From positions 1-47,835 of IMG/VR virus record IMGVR_UViG_3300049436_000142: DNA of 47,835 nucleotides, one strand, 5' to 3'. The notes below the pieces were generated by a model, which was not told where the DNA came from, searched no databases, and was given only the letters and a program-made list of their open reading frames with translations. Source of the DNA: a virus. Its lineage: Duplodnaviria; Caudoviricetes. Positions 1-8,664 of the stretch are shown here, in pieces (positions within the stretch are counted from its first letter, which is position 1; each line of letters begins with the position of its first letter). A program made the position numbers and the translations under genes.

Positions 1-1587
1 CTGGATCCTGGAGACCTTGTCACCGGTGTGGGTGATGTCCCGAAGCGGCAGGATCGACATCTCGTGCTGGCGGTAGCAGGCGATGATCTGGTCGTAGAGC
101 AGCGTTTGGAACTGGTTGGTCTCCACGCACATCCGCACGGGTTTGCGGTGAAGGTGATGCTGGGTGACGGCCTGGATGATGTCGGTGGGCTTGCGCCGGC
201 GGATGTCGGCGTCGATGACGTACATGATCCCGGTGCCCGGGTCCTTGATGACGCCGACGATCGCCGTGTCGTCCCCATCGCGGACGCCCTCCTTGCCCAG
301 GCTGGGGTCGCAGGCCATGTAGCACAGGCTCTCGGGTGGCAGGGCGGCCAGGAGGTCGGCCTCGGAGGCGAACTGGTCGTCCCAGAAGATCAGGTCAGAG
401 TCCAAGAAGATGGCATCGTGCTGACCGGTGGGAGAGTTCTGCTTCTCGGCGTCGAAGGACGCCCGGCCGTCGCGGAGCCGCATGTGCACCAGGTCGTAGT
501 AGCTCTCGCGCTCGGGCCAGAGGACGTGGGCCCCCTGGAGCATGGCGTCCTGGTTGGCCAGGAAGTACTCCCGGGCGGGCTGGGCGCCGGAGGCGCGCTG
601 TCGGGCCGCGCCCGGTCGGGTGGCGGGGGTGATGGTGGGGGCGGGGGTGATGGGGGTGGGGGGGGTCGGGGGGAACGTGCGCTGGCCGGTGTAGATGTCC
701 TGCCAGACTTCCCAGAGGTCCTGGCGAGTGGCGTACTCCTCGATGGCCCGGTACACCCGCCCGGTCCAGCCGGGGCAGAGCTTGTCGTTGACGAGGTTGG
801 CCAGGAGCGAGTCGTGATGCAGGATGGTCCCGACGACCACGATGTTGACCTCGGGCGTGCCCGCCTTGAGCACGGCCTTCTCGAAGAGGTCGCGGAGCTG
901 GTCGCGCTGCTCGGCGCTACGGACCAGCGCATCGCTCTCGACGTCATCGAGGATGATCAGGCCGGGGCGGTTCTCCCGGTGCTTGCGGCCGCGGGGCTTG
1001 CAGTCCATGCCGATGGCGGAGATCCGCATGCCCGATCCGGTGATGAGATCGTCCTTGCGCCACTTAGCCTGCCGCTGCGGCGCCGGCGGAATGATGCAGG
1101 CGGCGGGGAAGTCCTCCCGGAGGAGGGGGTTGGACTCGAGTTCGCTGCGAATCTCGCTCAGGCGCTGCATGGCCTGCTGAGAGGTCTCGCTGAGGATCAT
1201 GACGTAGGGCACCTTGGCGTAGAGCATGCACCAGAGGGTGTAGCCCAGGGTGACCACGGTGCTCTTGGCGTGGCCGCGGGGCGCGGCGATGGCGATACGG
1301 GCCGAGCGGACCCGGTCGGCCTGTTCGAGGAGGTCGATGACCTCGAGGTGCATGCGAGAGAACTCGAGGACGCAGTGCTTGCCGAGGTAGATGCGGAGGA
1401 AGTCGCGAAGGCTCTTGGCCCCGCACTCGCGGCGCATGCCCGAGAGCGTCGCCGACAGGGTGGCCAGAGCGCTGGGAATCGACCAGGGCGAGGGCTGAAT
1501 CACCCCGTCGCCAGGGTCGCACCCCGCGCGTGCAGGAGCATCGGTGACGGACGGCAGAGGGGCAGAGGAAAGGGCGAAGTCGGCCAT
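1..1587 (-). CDS. Phage terminase large subunit, partial (3' end beyond the window edge)
   Basis: Hand translation of the minus strand in register with the antisense ORF 28..1602 shows no stop to the edge. It contains Walker A-like IAAPRGHAKST, Walker B LIILDDVE, VVVGTILHHDSLL, and nuclease motifs MACDPSLG and GDDTAIV. Start ATG at 1587 (GGAG 6 nt upstream) or 1593. Confidence 0.88.
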   Translation of the reverse strand, partial: MADFALSSAPLPSVTDAPARAGCDPGDGVIQPSPWSIPSALATLSATLSGMRRECGAKSLRDFLRIYLGKHCVLEFSRMHLEVIDLLEQADRVRSARIAIAAPRGHAKSTVVTLGYTLWCMLYAKVPYVMILSETSQQAMQRLSEIRSELESNPLLREDFPAACIIPPAPQRQAKWRKDDLITGSGMRISAIGMDCKPRGRKHRENRPGLIILDDVESDALVRSAEQRDQLRDLFEKAVLKAGTPEVNIVVVGTILHHDSLLANLVNDKLCPGWTGRVYRAIEEYATRQDLWEVWQDIYTGQRTFPPTPPTPITPAPTITPATRPGAARQRASGAQPAREYFLANQDAMLQGAHVLWPERESYYDLVHMRLRDGRASFDAEKQNSPTGQHDAIFLDSDLIFWDDQFASEADLLAALPPESLCYMACDPSLGKEGVRDGDDTAIVGVIKDPGTGIMYVIDADIRRRKPTDIIQAVTQHHLHRKPVRMCVETNQFQTLLYDQIIACYRQHEMSILPLRDITHTGDKVSRIQ

Positions 1588-1672
1588 TGGCATCTCCGGT
1601 GATGAGTCGTGGTGGCGGCGGCTTGGGGAGGGCGCGGGGGGCGGCGATGGGACGTGGATGAACCGTGCCGGA

Positions 1673-2776
1673 TCACCCCGGGGGCCCGGATGGCCCGGGG
1701 GGCCCGGGGGGCACAGGTGGCCCGGCGGCATGTGCGTCCCGGCCTCCGGCCAAACTCGCCTTGATGACATCAACCTGCACGGCGACCTGGACAGTCGCGA
1801 TGGTGGCGCGGAGGAGGCGAAGCTGGGCCACGGCGGGGCTGGCGGCAGCGCCCGTGCCGGCGCCTCCCATGCAGGTGAGGAGCCTGTCGATCTCCGCCAG
1901 GACGTCCGATGGCGCCGGGCCAGCGGCTCCCTCCACGCCGCCTGCCACGGCCAGTGGAAGCACGCCCAGCTTCTGGAGTGTTTGGGCGGCCCCGAGGACG
2001 ACATCGAAGGACTTCGCCTCCGCGTCGACCTGCACGTTGGGAGGGCTCTTGGGGTCCCGCGACAAGCGCAGCAGCCTGGCCGAGCTGGCCTCGGCACGGC
2101 GGTACACCCACCCGGCGAGCTCCCGGGTAAAGGCAGGGTCCGGGTGCAGGGCGTTGGCGTCGCGCAGGGCGCGAAGATCCCGGTACACCGTCCGCTCGGT
2201 CATGCGGAGGATCTCGGCGATCTCGGGGGCCGTCATGCCCTGGGCCACAAGGTGGGCTACGCAGGAGCGTCGGTCCTCGATCGTGATGGCGTCGATGCCG
2301 ATGGCCCCCTGCTTGAGGTCTTGCAGCAGGGACAGCACCGACCGGTAGCGGCCGGTCACGGACCCGGCCGGGAGGCCATCTCGGTCATCCGGACAACACT
2401 GGCCTAGTGCCGTCCCGGTCGCCGCGGCTGTGGCGGGCGCTGCTCTTGGTCTGGACTCCGATCCAGACGCCGGGCTGGATTCCGCACCAGGCGCAGGCCC
2501 AGACTCAGGCGTGGGCGCCGGCGCGGATCTGGACGTCCGAGCGCGCTTCGGGCGAACGGTGGCTGCAGTGGGTGAGGGCGTCGGAACTTTGTTGGAGGTG
2601 GGCATGACCGCAACCGTGCCGGATGGGTCAAGACCGCCATGCACATCGGCCTCCAAAGGCGCACCATCACGGCCCGAATCCGTCACCGGATCCTCCGCCC
2701 GGCGAGGAGAGGATTCTGATCCTCGAACACCCCGGGCGGCGCCGTTGCCATTGGCCTTGTGTGGGGTGGTGCTCAT
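1673..2776 (-). CDS. HTH protein, probable terminase small subunit, with a long low-complexity N-terminus
   Basis: HTH motif GMTAPEIAEILRMTERTVYRDLRALR followed by helices. Lies between the MTase and large terminase genes, with an ATGA overlap to the MTase stop. Confidence 0.6.
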   Translation of the reverse strand: MSTTPHKANGNGAARGVRGSESSPRRAEDPVTDSGRDGAPLEADVHGGLDPSGTVAVMPTSNKVPTPSPTAATVRPKRARTSRSAPAPTPESGPAPGAESSPASGSESRPRAAPATAAATGTALGQCCPDDRDGLPAGSVTGRYRSVLSLLQDLKQGAIGIDAITIEDRRSCVAHLVAQGMTAPEIAEILRMTERTVYRDLRALRDANALHPDPAFTRELAGWVYRRAEASSARLLRLSRDPKSPPNVQVDAEAKSFDVVLGAAQTLQKLGVLPLAVAGGVEGAAGPAPSDVLAEIDRLLTCMGGAGTGAAASPAVAQLRLLRATIATVQVAVQVDVIKASLAGGRDAHAAGPPVPPGPPGPSGPPG

Positions 2777-4659
2777 GCGCCACCCCCGATCGCGCCGCGG
2801 CCACGACGACCGGCGTTCTGGCCGGTGCGAGCACCGTCACGCACCCGGTACTTGGCGGCCAGAGCCGGTTCCACGGCCTGCTCACCGGCATAGGCCATAA
2901 ACCGCCGCACGATCACATCGCAGTACACCGGGCTGAGCTCGATGCCAAAGCAACGCCTCCCCGTCCGCTGGGCCGCGATGATCTGGGTGCCCGAACCCGC
3001 GAACGGCTCGTAGCAGATCTCGCCGGGCTGGGTGTGCTGCCGCATGGGGATCTCGAAGAGCTCTAGCGGCTTGGGCGTGGGGTGGTCTGGGCGCTCGTCA
3101 CGGCTCAGGCCCTCGATGGTCCAGACGGTCGAGAGCACGGCACGCTCGACCCGGGGAGGCTTGTGGCCCTGGAGCCATCCGAACAGGCACGGCTCATGCT
3201 GCCAGGTGTACCAGGACCGGTTGAGCACGGGCCGGGTCTTGGCCCAGATGATCTGCTGGTGCAGAAGCACGCCGTGCTTGGCCCAAGCCGCCTCGACGAG
3301 CGCCTGCCGCTTGGAGGCGTGCCAGCAGTAGAACGCGGCGTCGGGCTTGATGGCCTCGGCGATCGCCACGCCCACGAACTGGTTGTAGAGCTCGGGGTTG
3401 GCGTCCGGGTCGTCCCAGGACGTGCCGTCGGCGCCGGCGCAGTACGTGCCGGACCAGTCCTTGTTGAGGCTCTTGCGGGCCTTGGACGCGGCCGTGCCCG
3501 GGTGGTTGGTGCCGTCATAGCCGACCAGGTACGGCGGGTCGGTAGCAAAGAGCGCCGCACGCAGGCACGGGCTCCCGGCATGGCCCCCGTCATGGCCCGC
3601 GGGCATGCCCGCCGTGCCGGCGCCGCGCGCGGCCGCAACAGTGCCGCGAGCCTCGGAATCGTGCCTGTCGGTTGCGCGGGCATCGCGCGAGCCTTCACGA
3701 CGCACCGACCGACGCGCGCGGCTGGCTTCAGTCGAGGCTTCACGGGCTTCAGTCGGGGCTTCAGTGGGCGCGTCATGGGCTTCAGGGGCTTCAGTTGTGC
3801 TCGCGGCGTGCTGGCTTGACGCGCGCGTGCCAGGCTTCAGCATCACGCCCAGTTGCGCGTCCATGGACATGCGCGTCGCGCAGCGCGTCGCGCGACCGGC
3901 GGCGCGCGCGTCGCGCCCGGCGCGCACGAGCGGGATCACGTTGACGGCCATGAGGCGGCGCACCTGCACCGGGTCGGTCGAGTCCCCGCAGAGCAGGCGA
4001 TGCTGGGTGCGCTCGTCGCGCCCCAGCAGGATCAGGTCACCAGGCTTGGTCACGGGCGGGCCGAGCGCCGCGGCACGGTCGAGTTCGGCCTGCAGGTCGA
4101 AGCTCTCGGGCCGGTCATCACCGCCCAGTGCCGCCGCGATGATCGAGTCGATCTCAGGCGGGTCAAAGCCGGTGATGCCGACGTCAAAGTCCGGCGTCTT
4201 GGTGAGGTCCTCCAGCAGCGTCGCCAGCTTGCCCTGGTCCCATCCCCCGGTGATCTTGTTGAGGGCGAGGTTGAGCGCCTTCTCGCGCTCCAGGGGCAGG
4301 TCCACCACACTCACCTGCGCGGCCGTGTCACCCCGGGCGACAAGGACCTTCAGGCGCTGATGGCCACCCACGAGGTTGCCGGTGCGCACGTTCCAGACCA
4401 GGGGTTCAACCAGGCCGAACTCATGCACCGACCGGGCCAGCCGCTCGTACTCCGGATCGCCGGGCTGGAGATCCAGGCGCGGGTTGTACGCCGCTGGGTT
4501 GAGCTTGCCGACCGGCACCGTGCGGATGTCGAGAGCGGGGGTTGAGGGGGCGGGTGCGGGTGGGCGTGCGGGGCGTGGGGGCGTCGGGGGGGTGAGGTGG
4601 GGTGTCGGGGTGGAGACGCGGCGGGTGGCTTTGACGGGGGAGTGACGCGTGCGAGGCAT
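2773..4659 (-). CDS. ParB-N domain fused to an N4/N6 DNA methyltransferase (phage type), with a ~128-aa in-frame insertion
   Basis: ParB-N: LNPAAYNPR...FGLVEPLVWN...LVGGHQRL. MTase: HRLLCGDST, catalytic TDPPY, HPTPKP, SAM-binding EPFAGSGT, GIELSPVYCDVIVRR. ATG 4659 has AGGA upstream; the ORF is open to 4803. Confidence 0.9.
   Translation of the reverse strand: MPRTRHSPVKATRRVSTPTPHLTPPTPPRPARPPAPAPSTPALDIRTVPVGKLNPAAYNPRLDLQPGDPEYERLARSVHEFGLVEPLVWNVRTGNLVGGHQRLKVLVARGDTAAQVSVVDLPLEREKALNLALNKITGGWDQGKLATLLEDLTKTPDFDVGITGFDPPEIDSIIAAALGGDDRPESFDLQAELDRAAALGPPVTKPGDLILLGRDERTQHRLLCGDSTDPVQVRRLMAVNVIPLVRAGRDARAAGRATRCATRMSMDAQLGVMLKPGTRASSQHAASTTEAPEAHDAPTEAPTEAREASTEASRARRSVRREGSRDARATDRHDSEARGTVAAARGAGTAGMPAGHDGGHAGSPCLRAALFATDPPYLVGYDGTNHPGTAASKARKSLNKDWSGTYCAGADGTSWDDPDANPELYNQFVGVAIAEAIKPDAAFYCWHASKRQALVEAAWAKHGVLLHQQIIWAKTRPVLNRSWYTWQHEPCLFGWLQGHKPPRVERAVLSTVWTIEGLSRDERPDHPTPKPLELFEIPMRQHTQPGEICYEPFAGSGTQIIAAQRTGRRCFGIELSPVYCDVIVRRFMAYAGEQAVEPALAAKYRVRDGARTGQNAGRRGRGAIGGGA
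3724..3793 (+). repeat. Degenerate GGCTTCA tandem repeat (9/12-bp spacing) inside the MTase insertion
   Basis: GGCTTCA at 3724, 3736, 3745, 3757, 3778 and 3787, plus 3833. Encodes TEAP/EA repeats on the minus strand. Confidence 0.75.
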
Positions 4660-4952
4660 GGGTGGGTTCCTGTGGGCGGTATTGCCCACGCCAACCGTGC
4701 CGTCTCGCGCCCGAGGCCTGGGTGCATCAAGTCCACTGGGCTCGCACGACGCCCTCCAAGGGCCTGCTGGCATGCCGCGTTCAGCGCTGGGCGCATCGTC
4801 CACTCAGGGCGCGTTTGGGAACGGGGGCGAGACGGCATGGCGTGCTCGCCGGCGCCGCGGCGTGGGCCCGGGAGCGCAGCATGCTCAACAGCCTGGGAGA
4901 AGATCCCGGGAGGCGGTCTGGTCCCTTGGGCGTGTGGAGATCCCGGAGGGAT

Positions 4953-5259
4953 TTACTCCTGAATGAACTCGATGAAGTCCTCGACGTTGGGGGTCCCGCC
5001 GGGCAGGGTGTTTGGGCGATCGACCCGCACCCAGACTTCGGCGCTTTCCTGGGCCAGCCACCGGCGCATGTAGCCCACCAGATACTCCTGGCCGGGAAAG
5101 CGCACGAGCACGTGCTTTCCGGTTCGAAGCACCTGCACGACGGTGCCGAGTGCGCCGTGATAGCTGCGTACCTGCCACCCAGGTTGTGGGTCCTCGGCCT
5201 GCACGGCCAGAGCGTACTCGCGGCGGGGGGGGAGGGGGTGTGCTTGGCCCCTTCGACAT
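4953..5259 (-). pseudogene. Small beta-rich (SH3-like) protein, apparently frameshifted at a G8 run
   Basis: The C-terminal frame RREYALAVQAEDPQPGWQVRSYHGALGTVVQV...VLVRFPG looks coding but has no convincing start. ATG 5259 (MSKGPSTPPP) joins it in frame if the G8 at 5225-5232 is G7. Confidence 0.35.
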
Positions 5260-5334
5260 TGGAAGGCAGAGTCCCAATCATCGTCCGTGGCGCACCAATG
5301 AGGGGATAGGCAGGGTCTGCCAGGAGCGAACCGC

Positions 5335-5823
5335 ATGTCACGTCCGCATCCTGTAGAGCTCCAGCTTGCCGCCCTTGCCCACCGCCTTTGGTGTGATCGC
5401 ATGCGGGCGTCGGGGTGGACGCACGGCCGGGAGTTCGACCCTGCGGCCCATACCCACGATGCGATCGTGCCATTCGAGGAGCTGTTACCAGCGGACCAGC
5501 ACAGCGTGGTCTCCGAGGTGATGACCGGAGATCTCTTGGAATCCCTGACCACGCTCCCGCAGTACGGCCGCGGGCATGAACGGGAGTTGACGGCGAGCGA
5601 TGTCCGTGTCGGAACGCGCGTGGTGTACCGGGACGAGGTCGCCGAGAAAGGCACGATCGTCAATCTCCAACTTGACCCGAACTGGCCGGGGTGCCTTGAG
5701 GCGATCACCGTCCGCTGGGACAGCGGCGAGACCCACGACTATGCACCGGGCGATGGCGAGCTGTGCGTGGAGACGGCCGATAAGTCTGGTGTCGGTCGCG
5801 GGTCTTGGAGATTTGAAACATAA
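5335..5823 (+). CDS. RyR (ryanodine receptor repeat) domain protein with a C-terminal SH3-like domain, copy 1
   Basis: LAALAHRLWCDRMRASGWTHGREFDPAAHTHDAIVPFEEL fits the RyR pattern LA..H..W......GW.YG..D....HP.LVP(Y/F).EL. C-terminal VGTRV...KGTIV...VRWDSG. AGGAG RBS upstream. Confidence 0.8.
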   Translation: MSRPHPVELQLAALAHRLWCDRMRASGWTHGREFDPAAHTHDAIVPFEELLPADQHSVVSEVMTGDLLESLTTLPQYGRGHERELTASDVRVGTRVVYRDEVAEKGTIVNLQLDPNWPGCLEAITVRWDSGETHDYAPGDGELCVETADKSGVGRGSWRFET

Positions 5824-6126
5824 CCCACCGCGATGTGGCTTAGGGATCATCGCCCGTAGTCAGGTGCCTTAATGGCTGCCGCGCTTCGTGGAAGTTCGGG
5901 GAATGGTTTGGCCGACCGACCAGCAGTTCCGTTTTCGTCCACTACTTCCAAGTTTGGTCAAATGACCGACCCTGCGCCCATGGCCCTTGCCGTCTCGGCG
6001 GTCCCGGTCAAGGATCGGCCTGCTCGAGAGGTTGGTGGTCCTGGTCGGCGAACGGTCAGCATGGCTTCTCGATGCAGAAGTATGCCGCACTTTTCGTCGA
6101 GCAGACGCAAAACGGTAGGACAGGCA

Positions 6127-6597
6127 ATGCCAATTCCTCACACAATCGAGCTTGAGTTGGCCTCGATGGCCCACCGTCTGTGGTGCGATCGGATGACCTC
6201 GGAGGGCTGGAGTGCCGGGGCGGTGCACGACCCCGCTGCCCGCACTCACGATGCACTGGTGCCGTTCGAGCGTCTGCGTCCGGTTGATCGTCGCCATACG
6301 ACGCTGGGCGTCATGGCCGAGGAGGTGATGCGGGTGCTAGCGGACATCCCGGAATACGCGCGGACACCGTGTCCGGAACTCGGGGAAGATGACCTGCGCT
6401 TGGGCATGCGAGTGACGTTCATGGGCGACGTGGCGCAGCAAGGATCGGTGACGGGATGGGACATCGACCCCGATTGGCCGGGATGCGTGGTCGTGATTCG
6501 GGTGCGGTGGGACAGCGGCGAAAATCATGAGTATGCGGCGGCCGAGCGGGAGCTTTACCCGCTCCCGGTGGGTTCCGCACCGAAGGCCACGAAATAG
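6127..6597 (+). CDS. RyR domain protein with a C-terminal SH3-like domain, copy 2
   Basis: Full-length paralog of 5335..5823 (shared AHRLWCDRM, THDA.VPFE.L, WPGC, VRWDSGE.H.YA). Start set at ATG 6127 (MPIPH) by alignment and an AGGA RBS. Confidence 0.8.
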   Translation: MPIPHTIELELASMAHRLWCDRMTSEGWSAGAVHDPAARTHDALVPFERLRPVDRRHTTLGVMAEEVMRVLADIPEYARTPCPELGEDDLRLGMRVTFMGDVAQQGSVTGWDIDPDWPGCVVVIRVRWDSGENHEYAAAERELYPLPVGSAPKATK

Positions 6598-6636
6598 TGT
6601 GCGAGCGTCGGCCATCGCGTCACCGGCCGGCCGATC

Positions 6637-7086
6637 TCAGGGGCGGTGGGTCTTGGGTGCGTCGACGACGACCCGCACCTCACACGCCGTTGTCCCCTCC
6701 GGATTCGCGCCGGAGAGCGATGTGATGGACGCTACGAGCGCGTCGGAGAGCGACACGGACACCGTCACGCCCGGCCCCACGCCGATGCGCACCGTTCGCG
6801 TCTCGCGGGTCCGTTCAACTCTGACCCGACTGGAGAGGGACTGCACCCGGCGGTTCTTGTCCCGCGTGCATTCCACCAGGCCCCCATCGCGCAGTCGCTT
6901 GAGCTCCCGGCTGATGCTCGACAGGTCTCGGCCGCAGCAGGCAGCCAGCCTCGACACGACCATGGGGCCATCGACGAGGAGGATGAGAATCCTTAGGCGC
7001 ATCTCACAGCCGCAGGCATGCAAGCACCGGGCCGCGGCCTCGAGCGTCACGGCAGCGTCCTGCTGTTCGCGATCCCGGTGGTGCAT
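6637..7086 (-). CDS. ArsR/SmtB-family winged HTH regulator
   Basis: RLRILILLVDGPMVVSRLAACCGRDLSSISRELKRLRDGGLVECTRDKNRR; GGAG RBS. Confidence 0.8.
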   Translation of the reverse strand: MHHRDREQQDAAVTLEAAARCLHACGCEMRLRILILLVDGPMVVSRLAACCGRDLSSISRELKRLRDGGLVECTRDKNRRVQSLSSRVRVERTRETRTVRIGVGPGVTVSVSLSDALVASITSLSGANPEGTTACEVRVVVDAPKTHRP

Positions 7087-7249
7087 GCGAGATACTCCGG
7101 CGGAACCTGCCGAGGACGCCCGCGCAGGATGTACGTACCGCCCGCTGGGCTGATCAGGTTCCCTTTAGGAAGCGAAGCTGGAGGCGCGGGTGTGACGTGA
7201 AAAACGACAAAGCCGCGAGAATAGTCGAAGCCACAGTGGCTGGTTTCGC

Positions 7250-7777
7250 CTATCGGGGCTGGCCGGTCAGGTCACGGCCGGAGGAAGGAGTAAGTTCCTG
7301 GGTGCGGGGCACGCGGCCGGCGGCCTGGGCCCGGGAGAGGACGGCCCGGGTATCCGGGGGCGATTGCTCAAGCAGGGCGAAAGGCAGGGGGACTCCTCGC
7401 TCGGCGGCCAGGCGCCCCAACAGCTCTTGTGCCACGCACACCGAGAACCCCATCGTGTGTTTAGAGTCGAACAGTAACCACACCCGCCCTCTTCCCGGCA
7501 AGACTGTGACCCCAGAATGGAGTGAGTAGACATGGCGTCGCTTGTCCCGCAGACAGCTGAGGAGGCCGGCTCGCTTGAGCTGACAGAGCAGGCGGCTCAG
7601 GTGTGAGAGTTCTAGCCCGGTTGCCTTCGCGAGCGAGGTCACGTCGAGGGAGCCGACCGCCAGGTGGGTCAGGAGTTCCAAGCATACACGCCCGTCGCAG
7701 ACCCGCATGGCACGGTGCAGCTGTTCCGCCGACTGGGCGAGGTCTTGGCTCGCCGCGCCGCCAATCTCGGTGTGCAT
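7250..7777 (-). CDS. ArsR/SmtB-family winged HTH regulator (paralog)
   Basis: LELLTHLAVGSLDVTSLAKATGLELSHLSRLLCQLKRAGLLSCLRDKRRHVYSL; ATG 7777 preceded by TAGGA. Confidence 0.75.
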   Translation of the reverse strand: MHTEIGGAASQDLAQSAEQLHRAMRVCDGRVCLELLTHLAVGSLDVTSLAKATGLELSHLSRLLCQLKRAGLLSCLRDKRRHVYSLHSGVTVLPGRGRVWLLFDSKHTMGFSVCVAQELLGRLAAERGVPLPFALLEQSPPDTRAVLSRAQAAGRVPRTQELTPSSGRDLTGQPR

Positions 7778-7879
7778 AGGGAGTCCTAATACTGCGTGCG
7801 GGCCGCCAACCCTCGACGCGGGCAGTAGAACACATGTTTGATGAGCTGTCAAATCGCCCGCGTTGACTCGCAAATAGCA

Positions 7880-7899
7880 AGTTGTATAGAATTGCAACT
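7880..7899. promoter_or_regulatory. AT-rich dyad AGTTG-N10-CAACT upstream of the ArsR pair (possible operator)
   Basis: agttgtatagaattgcaact lies within a locally AT-rich intergenic patch. Confidence 0.3.
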
Positions 7900-8067
7900 A
7901 TCGGAGTTGTTCAGCAACGACAATGCATGTCTCGTGGAACGCTCTTGCCGCGGCCGCCATGCAGGGGTTGCGGGGCGGGCGTATGAGTCTGGATTGGGCA
8001 CACCATACAGTGGCATTAGGGAGCGATCGCCAAGGGCCTTGCCCGAGGGTCAGGGCCGGGGGAGCGG

Positions 8068-8664
8068 TCAGCGGGCGCTCGCCAACCGGGCCTTGGCCCA
8101 CTCTCGCCATGCTGGCGTATCACCTTCGAGGGCGATGGTCCGCAGGTACCCCTGCGTGTGGTCGTCCGAACGCCCATGCCGCTCTTGCAACCTCGCCAGC
8201 GCCTGCATGGTCGGCACATGCCCCGGGTACACCTCCAGCGCCGAGGCATACGTCCGCGCGGCCTCATCGATTCGGCCTGCCCTCTCGAGCGTGAGCGCCA
8301 GGTTCATCCGCGGGTCCGGATGACCGGGGAGAAGTTTTCGGGCAAACTCAAACTCCGACGCTGCCTCATACAACTTCCCCATCTTGAGATAGACCACCCC
8401 GAGATCGTTGTGGGCCGGGCCGTGGTAGAGATCGGCGGTGAGCGCGTCGCGTAGCAGCTGCTCGGCCTCGGTGAGATTGGTGGGCGATCGCTTGAGCAGC
8501 TCAGATGCGTTCATGGTTAGCCGCTGGGCCCCGAGCGGGTCGCGGCGGGACTCGGACTGGGCGGCGTAGGGCCCGGCACCCGCGCGGCACCCGCCCAGCG
8601 GCGCGAGCAAAGTGAGCGCGGCAAGCATGACCCACGCGAGATGGAGCGTTCGGGAACGAATCAA
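8068..8664 (-). CDS. TPR lipoprotein, probable secretin pilotin (PilF/PilW-like)
   Basis: Lipobox LAPLGG-C after a hydrophobic leader. TPRs AHNDLGVVYLKMGKLYEAASEF and PRMNLALTLERAGRIDEAARTY. Last gene of the secretin operon. Confidence 0.75.
   Translation of the reverse strand: MIRSRTLHLAWVMLAALTLLAPLGGCRAGAGPYAAQSESRRDPLGAQRLTMNASELLKRSPTNLTEAEQLLRDALTADLYHGPAHNDLGVVYLKMGKLYEAASEFEFARKLLPGHPDPRMNLALTLERAGRIDEAARTYASALEVYPGHVPTMQALARLQERHGRSDDHTQGYLRTIALEGDTPAWREWAKARLASAR

Noticed and set aside
28-1602. 524-aa plus-strand ORF
   Set aside because: In-register antisense shadow of the terminase gene; no motifs of its own.
3562-3945. Intein or intron in the methyltransferase
   Set aside because: No N-terminal Cys/Ser block, no His-Asn C-terminus, no endonuclease or RT motifs; the frame is simply continuous.
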